Part shown: in pieces, positions 54,385-64,000 of the stretch | How positions within the stretch are numbered: position 1 is the first letter of the stretch | Layout of the letters: the number at the start of each line of letters is the position of its first letter | From: Eledone cirrhosa | Taxonomy: Eukaryota | Reading direction: 5' to 3' | DNA: 64,000 nt | Assembly (NCBI GenBank): GCA_964016885.1 | Contig: OZ024747.1 | Location: forward strand, 8,246,001-8,310,000 | The notes under the pieces: generated by a model | The model's input: the letters and a program-made list of their open reading frames with translations, nothing else | The model's database searches: none | Told to the model about the DNA's origin: nothing | Position numbers and translations under genes: made by a program

Positions 54385-55947
54385 ATTCCTGAAAGTTAAC
54401 CTGCTGAAGGCGACAGATGAAATCTGTGGGTGTAGCAGACCTATAGGCAGGAGGAGGAACAGTAAGGTGGAGGAGTCAATCAAGGCCAAAAAGCAAGCTT
54501 GGAAAGTATGGCGGGATGGGGGAAGTAGAGAGCACTATCAAGTGGCCAGGAGGGAAGCTAGGAGACAAGTGTACCTTGCAAGAAGGGAAGCAGAGGAAAG
54601 AAAGTTCAAGCATATTCTACAATGCGAGGACCAAAAACGTGAGGTGTTCAGGATTGCTAGACAATGTGTCAAAGAAAACCATGATATTGTCGGGGAGAAG
54701 TGTGTCCTTAATGATGATGGTATACTTGCCATCACTGATACTGATAAGAAGGTAGCTTGGAAGTGTCACTATGAGAGGCTACTAAATGAGGAGAATAAGT
54801 GGGAAAAAGATAGTCTGCCCCAAATCGATCCAATAGAGGGACCAGCAGTGCTAGTTGAAGGTAGTATAATAAGTAAGGCAATCAAAGATATGAAGACAGG
54901 CAAAGCAGCTGGGCCTTCGGAGATAGTTGCTGAAATGCTGAAAGCATCTGGATCGGTGGGACACACTATGGTCTCCCGGATAGTAAACCAAGTCATACAG
55001 AATGGGGTCATACCAAATGACTGGCGTAGCAGCACCATCATTAACTGCTACAAGGGTAAAGGAGATGCCCTAGATAGGGGAAACTATAGAGGCATTAAAT
55101 TAATTGACCATGTCATGAAAGTCACAAAAAAAGTTATAGTGCATCTAATCTGAGAGCGAATTGATCTAGATGAAATGCAGTTTGGGTTTGTGTCAGGTAA
55201 AAGTACCACAGACGCTCTTTTCCTTGTATGACAACTACGACTTGGAGGACAGAGTGCCCCGCTCCATTATCTGGTGGGCTCTTAGAAAACTAGGTGTTGA
55301 TGAATGGCTCATGAGAGCTATACAAGCCATGTATAAAGAAACAGTCAGCAAGGTTAGAATTAACAACGAATATAGTGAAGAATTTCGTAAAAGTCGGTGT
55401 TCATCAGGGCTCTGTCCTTAGCCCCCTCCTATTTATTATTGCCCTTCAGGCTATAACAGAGGAGTTCAAGACCAGCTGCCCATGGCATCTTCTATACGCA
55501 GATGATATAATGCTCATAGCTGAATCAATGGCTGAACTAGAGAAAAAATTCCAAACTTGGAAGCATAGCCTAGAATCAAAAGGCCTTAAAATTAACTTGT
55601 CTAAGACTAAAGTTCTAGTTTGTAGGAAGGAAAATAGGGCACAGGTCCCCTCTGGGAAATGACCATGCTTAGTGTGTAGGAAAGGAGTAGGCAGAAACTC
55701 TGTTTTATGTCCCAAATGCAAAGTATAAAAAACACACAGTCCACACTGTAATGTGGCTGTGTAGGTAACACGGTAAAAACCTCCCAGTCCACACTGTAAA
55801 CGTGGTTGGTGTTAGGAAGGGCATCCAGCCGTAGAAAACTCGCCAGACAGTCCTATACAAGCAGGACAACCAATCCTGCCTCACGTGGGACAATAACCAT
55901 CTAAACCCATGCTAGCGTGGAAGATAGACGTTAAACGATGATGATGA
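54385..55947 (+). mobile_element. Degenerate RTE LINE with internal deletions
   Basis: RT motifs (YKGKGDALDRGNYRGI, QGSVLSP, YADD) with stops and frameshifts. It jumps from the Cys finger to the 3' UTR at ~55723. Confidence 0.92.
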
Positions 55948-56079
55948 TATATATATATATATATATATATCCATAGTTAATTTATTTGGCAATCAATGAT
56001 TATCATTGATTAACCAACGGGTAAAAGTTAAAAATACAGATATAGATATATATATATAGTCTATCAATATATATATATA

Positions 56080-56356
56080 TGATGTGTTGTTTCCCTGAGC
56101 AAGACACTTTATTTCAAATTGCTCCAGTTTACTCAGCTGTAGAAATGAGATGATAGGGACCCCAGTCCCTATCATTCCACTGTAAAGTGGTCGTGGAGGT
56201 GCCACGGCAAAAAAGCACCCAGCACTCACTGTAGATGAGGTTGGTGTTAGGAAGGGCATCCAGCTGTAGAAATCAAGCCAGAATCAGTTCCCGTCCCACC
56301 CTTGCAAGCAGGGAAAAAGCGGACGTAAAATGAAATGATGATGATGATGATGATGA
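56080..56356 (+). mobile_element. 5'-truncated CORE-type SINE
   Basis: CORE segment plus RTE tail. Confidence 0.88.
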
Positions 56357-56396
56357 TATATATATATAGTCTATCAATATATATATATATATATAG

Positions 56397-56604
56397 TAAT
56401 AATAATAAATTTGAAGACTAAAATCCAAAGAGGGCTCGATAAGGATAAATATATATCAAATATATAAGAACCATAGAGCAAATATTTATTAAAATAACAG
56501 ATTAAAGTTTAAGCAAAGAATCGCTGCTTTCACCCTTAACGGGATCTTCAGAAGATCCCGTTAAGGGTGAAAGCAGCGATTCTTTGCTTTAATCTGTTAT
56601 TTTA

Positions 56605-56609
<5 letters not shown>
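56397..56609. mobile_element. P2 fold-back element
   Basis: Palindrome centred on tcttcagaaga (~56550). Confidence 0.65.
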
Positions 56610-56639
<30 letters not shown>

Positions 56640-56710
56640 TACAATACAACAGGAGGAAACATAATAGTACCACAGATGATGTTGCAGATGTGCAACGAAA
56701 GAAGTTTGAT

Positions 56711-56745
<35 letters not shown>

Positions 56746-56747
<2 letters not shown>

Positions 56748-58543
56748 TCATCATCATCATCAACGTTTAACGTCCGTGTTCCACGCTTGCAGGGGTTTGG
56801 ACGGGGGTAGTCCCACTTGAGGCAAGAGTGATTATCTTGCTCGCATAGGACTGTCTGGCAGGTTTTCTACAGTTGGATGCCCTTCCTAACACCAACCACA
56901 TTTACAGTGTGGGTCTGGGAGGTTTTTACCGTGTTGCCTACACGGCCACATTACAGCGTGGACTGTGTGTTTTTTTGTCGTGACACCTACACGATCTCAT
57001 TTGTTTCGGCCTGGATGGCGCGGCACCAACATAACTTTACATAGAACGGGGTGGTGTGGATGGGGGGGGTGTATTTTGTTAGAGATGCCTACTGGCTGGA
57101 GTAGGTTTTACTATATATTTAGGTAAGGCGGGTCTTCTCTGTTACTGAGTACCGCCAAACTGGCTGGAGTAGGTTTTACTATATATTTAGGTAAGGCGGG
57201 TCTTCTCTGTTACTGAGTACCGCCAAAGGTCTCGGTCCAGTGACATTGTCTTGGAGAGGTGTAAGTGTGTGATGTCGGAGTTTATCAGCTCATCCCAGGT
57301 TTTTCTAGGTCTGCCTATTCCGTGACTACCGTCTATCTTTATTGCCCTGCACTTTGTTATACAGCTATCGACTTTCATGCGCATCACGTGTCCATACCAA
57401 CGTAGCCTTCTCTCGAGTAAACAACATCTGATCCCTCTTATCTCTAATTTTTTCCTTAGTTCGTTTATGCTTTGCCGTTCACGTATATTACTGTTACACA
57501 TCCAGCGGTGCATGCAAGCTTCGTTCCTCTCTAGTCTGCGTATATCCTCTGCACACAATGCCCAGGTCTCACTGCCATGCAGCATTGCTGTTCGTATGCA
57601 GGCATCGTACAACCTGCCTTTCATTTTTAGGGAGAACCCTTTAGCAGCTAATAGTGGTATAAGCTCTCTGAACTTTTTCCAACCAGTTCTAACTCTAGCT
57701 ACAGTACTTTCAGAGCACCCTCCCCCACTGCTGATTTTATCGCCCAGGTAACGGAAGCTGTCCACTATTTCTATAGAACCCTCTGCGCAATTGAAAGAGC
57801 TAGTATTGTGTGGGCACTTGCTGCTACTTATTGCACCAGAACACCGGCCACATGTAAAATCTATGTTCTTAGTTAGCTTACCTGTGATCCCACTACATCT
57901 TTTATGCACCCATACTTTGCATTTAGGACATAAAATGGAGTTTCTACCTACGCCTTTCCTACACACCGAGCACGACCATTTCCCAGAAGGGACCGCCGCC
58001 TTGTTTTCTTTCCTACAAACTAGAACTTTGGTCTTAGCCAGGTTAATTTTAAGTCCTTTTGACTTAGGCCGTGCTTCCATGTTTGGAATTTCTTCTCTAG
58101 CTCGGCCATTGATTCCGCTATGAGTGTCAGGTCGTCTGCGTATAGGAGTTCCCATGGGCAGCCTGTCTTGAACTCCTCTGTTATAGCCTGAAGGGCAATA
58201 ATAAATAGTAGAGGGCTGAGAACAGAGCCCTGATGGACGCCAACTTTTACGCTAAACTCTTCACTATATTCGTTGTTAATTCTAACCTTGCTGACTGTTT
58301 CTTTATACATGGCTTGTATAGCCCTCACAAGCCATTCGTCAATGCCTAGTTTTGTAAGAGCCCACCAGATAATGGAGCGGGGGACTCTGTCGAAGGCTTT
58401 CTCCAAGTCGACAAAAGCTAAGTAGAGGGGTTTACCTTTAGTTAGGTACTTCTCCTGTAGTTGTCGTACTATGAAAAGAGCGTCTGTGGTACTTTTGCCT
58501 GACACAAACCCGAACTGCATTCCATCTAGGTCAATTCTCTCTC
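56746..58543 (-). mobile_element. 5'-truncated RTE LINE (family B) with RT and PHD-like finger
   Basis: ORFs 58020-58520 and 57187-58155 are frameshifted. There is a 68-bp duplication at 57091/57159. Confidence 0.94.
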
Positions 58544-58735
58544 TGTATTTTTAACTGTTTGTCAATCAATGATGAAAAGTATTTACTCATAGATTAAAAT
58601 TCATAGATTAAACCTTTTTGATTGCCAAATAAATTAACTATGGAGATATAAAAGATACAGAAGCGAAAAGCAACCAAACAGTGAGTGTGTTCTGGCAATA
58701 TTATTACAACAATATGACCCTCCCCAAGTATAACA

Positions 58736-58770
<35 letters not shown>

Positions 58771-58885
58771 TACATACAGGCTGAAGAAATTGGTGCCCAG
58801 AACCCAACTAAACTTGAGTACCTTTTTATGTCACTGTTGTAATTATTTGCTAGTGTGGAAAATGATGGTGATGATGATGATGATG

Positions 58886-58918
<33 letters not shown>

Positions 58919-59027
58919 ATCTTACACAAAATCACTGAAGCGTAGATCTCAGTAAAGTACTCTACAGAACACTTCACTAGTATCTTTCCCTAGGGATATA
59001 CTCACAATCAAGCAACCTAAACATAAC

Positions 59028-59095
<68 letters not shown>

Positions 59096-59097
<2 letters not shown>

Positions 59098-59273
59098 CAA
59101 AGGAATTGTGGTAAGGAACCAGGTGGACCATAACGCACCAGAGTACTCAATACTTAGACTAGTAGAGTGGGAAATAGAAAAAAAATAGGAAAAACAGGCA
59201 AAAAATTCTAATTTAGTCCAGAAATAGCCGTCGAAACGACTTGAGCTCTGCCGTCGGGGCCATACTTTTTCCT
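59096..59273. mobile_element. P1 element copy
   Basis: Both orientations of P1 arms, within (TA)n. Confidence 0.6.
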
Positions 59274-59377
59274 ATATATATATATATATGTATATAGTAG
59301 TAATGGTTCAACTCTCTTCTCTTCCTCTGCCTCTTTTTTCACTCCTGGTCATCATAGAATCAACAAAATGTACATAC

Positions 59378-59491
59378 CTGGTATAGCGTCGTTGTAGTAC
59401 TGACCTATATGTCTATATATAGATATAAGATTATTTGGAAGATACTTGAAAGGTCCATACCAACGGTACCAAAAGACATTATCTTTGCCTC
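59378..59491 (-). CDS. Candidate host exon (114 bp, phase 1-1)
   Basis: gttttag|...CCAG|gtatgt, frame GKDNVFWYRWYGPFKYLPNNLISIYRHIGQYYNDAIP. Confidence 0.3.
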
Positions 59492-59974
59492 CTAAAACTT
59501 AGGATGTTACAAGGTTTGTCATCTACAAACAATAATTATTTGAACTCTAAGAACAAAACTGTTAGAAGATGTCTCCATCTGAAATGTCTACTCCTTGCTA
59601 AGTGGAAACAAGGATTTAACTGAGTTTCAACCCCTTGATATTGATGTCCATGATTTCTTAATAGATTTTCTTTTTCTACTTTTACATAATACAGTACACC
59701 TTCTGTACTACTCAACTCCATAACTTGATGAAGATATACATCTCTATATTACATACCACCATATAATACCATACATCTGCTGTATTGAGTACTCACAAAT
59801 ACACAAACACTAACATAGTCATCTTAATTTTACATCTTCAGTAAAAGACAGTGGTGGCATTTGAAAATTGAATTGGATTAGTTCTGTCTTGTGTGTGCAT
59901 TCAATCAGTGCCCTCCTCATCAACTGGTACCTTTCTTGATGATGAGTGCACTCACATTGGAGTGCACTCACATT

Positions 59975-60355
59975 GGAGTGGTCATGTCCCTCCGACACTG
60001 TGTGTGTGAGCCACTCAGGTGCCATTGTGGAGCTGTTGTTGATGAGTTTGGTCTACACTTGCTACCCTGTACCTTAACACAGGGTGGTTCCTCTGACACA
60101 CTGGTCTGAATGACATAATCCGAAGAAGCCTTCATGTAAAATCCCTAATCTGAGATGCCACATGTTGCGACTTGTTCTCCACCTCCAGCCTTGTCACTTT
60201 GGCTGCAAACCCAGGCACTGTCACCTGCAGTGTAGAGGAGAGCAAAATTGCCAAATACCAGGGTTTGACAGACAGTTTCCTTTTCACACCAGTTGGCATT
60301 AAGACTTCAGGTGTCCTAGGTCCTGGAACTGCCATTTTCCTTTGCAAAATGTAGC
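59975..60355 (+). pseudogene. CRE-clade-like LINE C-terminal relic (zinc knuckle + RLE)
   Basis: CHCGAVVDEFGLHLLPC...HTGLNDIIRRSL...DATCCD...EESKIAKY.L...FTPVGIKTSG.LG. Confidence 0.65.
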
Positions 60356-60610
60356 CAGGCCCCCTTAGACTGTAAAAAGTTAAGGATTGAAACACTTGCA
60401 TGAAGCAGGGGATGTTTCTTCTCTGAAGACCTGGTGCTGTCCATCTTTCCTGAGAGTTTCTTACCACTAGTCAAATATTAACAGAGTATATAAGCCCTCA
60501 GAATGGAAAAAATGGGCATCAAAATGCATTGGAATGGAACCCACATCTCTTAATTTTATGATAAGTCTGCTAACCAATTACACCCAGTTACCTACCCAAA
60601 TGTATGTATA

Positions 60611-60666
<56 letters not shown>

Positions 60667-61501
60667 TATACACACACACATAGATATAAGTTTTGCTACT
60701 TTGCAGGCATTGACTGACAATGCCGCTGGTTTATATACACGCTAGTAGCTATACATTTTAGAAAAGTATGTATGTATGAGTATGCAGATATATGCAAATC
60801 AGATCATCTTTCCCCCCCCCTTTTTTATCTTTAAAGATTGCTATTCAAGAAAATATTTCATTGCCTTTCCCCACTTATTCTTTTGCTAAACATATATATA
60901 TGTAAATATTAAAACTTCTTTCATTTTCTCTTTGTTTCCTTCTTTTATTTCTTCTTTGTTTTCTATATTTCTTTATTTTCTTTGCTTCCTGTTTTCCTTT
61001 GTCTTCCCATTTATATAGATTTATATTCTATTCAACTTCTCTCTCTCCCTCTCTCTCCCTCTCTCTCCCTCTCCCTCTCTTTCTTTCTCTCTGTCTCTCT
61101 CTCTCTCTCGCCATCTCTCTTAATCCCACTGCCTTTATTGTCTTCCATTTATATAGCTTTATATTCTATTCAGCTCCTCTCTCCCACCCCCTCTCTATCT
61201 ACCTCTCTCTACCTCTCTACCCCCCCCCTCCTGTGTGTTTCTATTTTATCCCAATCGCCCCCCCCCTACCTCTCCCTGCCCCCCCCCCCCTAACTCCTCT
61301 TTCAGTTTTAACTTTATTCCTTTTCTGACACATCTTACTGCATGTATGTGTACACATATATACACATACACACACACTCACACATATATATATAAATAAT
61401 ATATATACATACATACATACATACATATACATACTTACATAAACATATATACACATATATATATGTATATATATGTATGAGTGTGTGTGTGAGTATGTAT
61501 T

Positions 61502-61541
<40 letters not shown>

Positions 61542-61550
61542 CATATATAT

Positions 61551-61594
<44 letters not shown>

Positions 61595-61597
61595 TTA

Positions 61598-61629
<32 letters not shown>

Positions 61630-61638
61630 CATATATAT

Positions 61639-61671
<33 letters not shown>

Positions 61672-61730
61672 CATATATATACATATATATACATATATAT
61701 ATACACATATATATACACATATATACACAC

Positions 61731-61765
<35 letters not shown>

Positions 61766-62047
61766 CACACAAATATATATATACACACACACACATATAT
61801 TTATCTTCATTATCCCTTCCTTTCCTATGCTCATCTGATATGCATGAAACTTTTATCTCTTATTCTTCTTTTCTGCCACTACCCCTGCCCCACCCCCATT
61901 TTTTAACATTTCTGTACTACATCCCTCCTTCATCCACCTATCTATCCATCTATCTACCCATCTATCTATCTATCTATGTATCTATCTATCCATCTACCCA
62001 TCTATCTATCTACCCATCCATCTACCCATCTATCTATCTATCTACCC

Positions 62048-62088
<41 letters not shown>

Positions 62089-62092
62089 CCCA

Positions 62093-62692
62093 TCCCCGGG
62101 CGTAAGCGACCTGTGGAACTATGCAGAACAACTGCTGTCGCGTATGGGACAAATACAGTTGACTGCCGAGTCCATAGTAAGGATCAAACCACCAGACTCT
62201 TTCAAAAACGAAAGAGAGGCGGCTTTCCTCTGTACGGTGGCTATGGTGAAAGAAGTTATATGGTGGACGAGGTTGAGAGGACTGAGGACAGATGCCTTTC
62301 TCTCCGGACAACAATTGATTCCCTTCTTTAAGTATCACTTTAGAAGGAGAATCAGGGTGGAGAGAGAGGCACTGCACCCCAGTACATTTACTGAAAGGTG
62401 GGTGAATGAAGCGAAAATGGCCCGAGTGATTGGGCCTTCTCTGTTTATAAGCCTGTAAGTTGAGGAAGAGAGCAAAAGGAAGAAAGGTGCACTTGCACAA
62501 CACGCTCCTCGAGTTGAGGGTTGTTCTATCGACGGGGTATTAAACAACCCATTTGTGGCGCCTCCCCCCTATTGGGGATTTCGATTGTTGAAATTGTTTG
62601 TTTTTATATTTTTTACACGACTGTATGTAAAATCCCCGGCATGTATTTGTATTGTCCCCTTTCTTGTTGCGCCCTTGTGGCTAATAAAGAAA
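62093..62692 (+). mobile_element. L1/Tx1-clade LINE 3' fragment
   Basis: DLWNYAEQL...[10 protein letters not shown]...FTERW, 3' UTR with AATAAA, (CTAT)n flanks. Confidence 0.85.
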
Positions 62693-62772
62693 TCTATCTA
62701 TCTATCTACCCATCCATCTACCCATCTATCTATCTACCCATCTATCTACCTATCTATCTATGTATCTATCTA

Positions 62773-64000
62773 TCGCCAAAATGGAGCGCGCACTCTTCCA
62801 ATTCCTTTGGAAGAAGCGGGCTCCTATGGTGAGGAGATCCATCTGCTGTCAACACCCTTCGAAAGGAGGGCTGGGGATGCCGTGGCTAATGATATGTAAA
62901 CACGCATTAAGGCTACGGCACCTCCAGGTATTCCTCTCCGGTCAACCGGTGTGGGCCCCGTTTGTGAGGCGAGCCTTTCCCAGACTCGTCTCACTCACCG
63001 AGCTGCAATCCTGGGTCAAGCAAAGACCGAGAAAACTGGGCGCCTGGCACATCGAGTGTGCCCAGGCGCTCATGGCTCTCTGGCAGGCGGACCCGGCTGT
63101 CAGTGGAGAATCCACCTCGTCATTCTATAGAGGGCTGGTGGTTAGCAGGTGCGACGACGCCCTCGGAGAAGCCCTAGGCATGGAGGAAGACGAACTGGCC
63201 AACCTGTTTGGTAGGACATTCAGCCCTAGACCCATGGATAACTCCCAGAGGTCCCTGGCCTGGCAGTGCTACAGAAGGGCTCTGCCCGTTCGAGAAAGGC
63301 TCTACAGACACAGGCGCCCGGGTAGGGACCCCTCGAAAAAGATCTGTCCCAGATGCGTGTGCGACGAGGAAACTGTTGCACACGCATTGGTACACTGCTC
63401 GGCATTGCCGATCTGTGGGGCTATGTCGAACAACTGCTGTCAAGGGTGGGACCAATCCGGTTGACCACTGAGTCTATTGTAACGATCAAGCCGCCTCCCC
63501 TCTTCAAAAACGAAGGAGAGGCGGTGTTTCTGTGCGTAATAGCCATGGCGAAAGAGGTTGTATGGTGGACGCGTTTGAAAGGACTGAGGTCAGACACCTT
63601 TCTCTCTGGCCAACAACTGGTCCGTTTCTTCCGATATCATTTTGGAAGAAGGATCAGGATGGAGAGAGAGGTGCTGCACCCCAGCCGTTTCTATGAAAGA
63701 TGGGTGAAAGTGGCGAGAATGGCCCATGTGAATGGGCCTTCACTCTACATCAGACTATAAGTGAGGAAGATGAAAGACCAAGGGAGCACCCCTTCTCTGT
63801 GCTCCTGAGGAAAAGGGTTGCACACTTTTTTTCGGGGGTGTGTGCAGCCCCCCAAGGCGCCTCCTCTCTATTGAGGACTTTGTTATAAATTTTATTCTGT
63901 TATATTTTATTTTATTTTTATATTTTGTTATTGCCTCCTCCTTATTGAGGACGCCTTGTTTTGTAAACTCCCCCATTGTACTTGTCCCACTTTTGATGCC
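62773..64000 (+). mobile_element. L1/Tx1-clade LINE 3' part with zf-RVT region
   Basis: LFQFLWKK...GGLGMP...SLAWQCYRRALPV...CPRC...EETVAHALVHC, frameshift near 63410, paralogous to 62093-62692. Confidence 0.88.

Noticed and set aside
56670-56715. cagatgat-gttgca/tgcaac-gaaa
   Set aside because: Stem II is good, but the core reads CAGAUGA and there is no stem III. It is possibly a decayed hammerhead but cannot be supported.

Overview
Eukaryotic, AT-rich, repeat-saturated DNA, probably from an octopus or another cephalopod. This is inferred from the mix of (TA)n/(CAT)n microsatellites, tRNA-CORE SINEs and RTE LINEs. There is no confidently identifiable host gene, only a few weak minus-strand exon candidates. 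Most listed ORFs are microsatellite artefacts. Real coding remnants are retrotransposons: one near-intact ~4.1 kb RTE LINE (APE-RT-PHD-like finger, four 98-bp 5' monomers), many truncated RTE copies, and CR1, L1/Tx1, R4/Dong-like, CRE-like and Penelope-like (PLE) relics. The most notable signal is a hidden non-coding layer of type I hammerhead ribozymes (CUGANGA...GAAA...UH). Four dispersed copies have intact cores and sequence-divergent stems that still pair (4401, 10051, 15456, 16047). One degenerate copy lies in a 341-bp retrozyme-like repeat. A tandem array of twelve 54-bp units (16463-17109, minus strand) has units that are essentially nothing but a hammerhead. Several fold-back elements centred on hammerhead-like cores and a Penelope RT relic suggest a PLE/retrozyme system. 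All structures were folded by eye and all family names come from motif recognition, not database searches.
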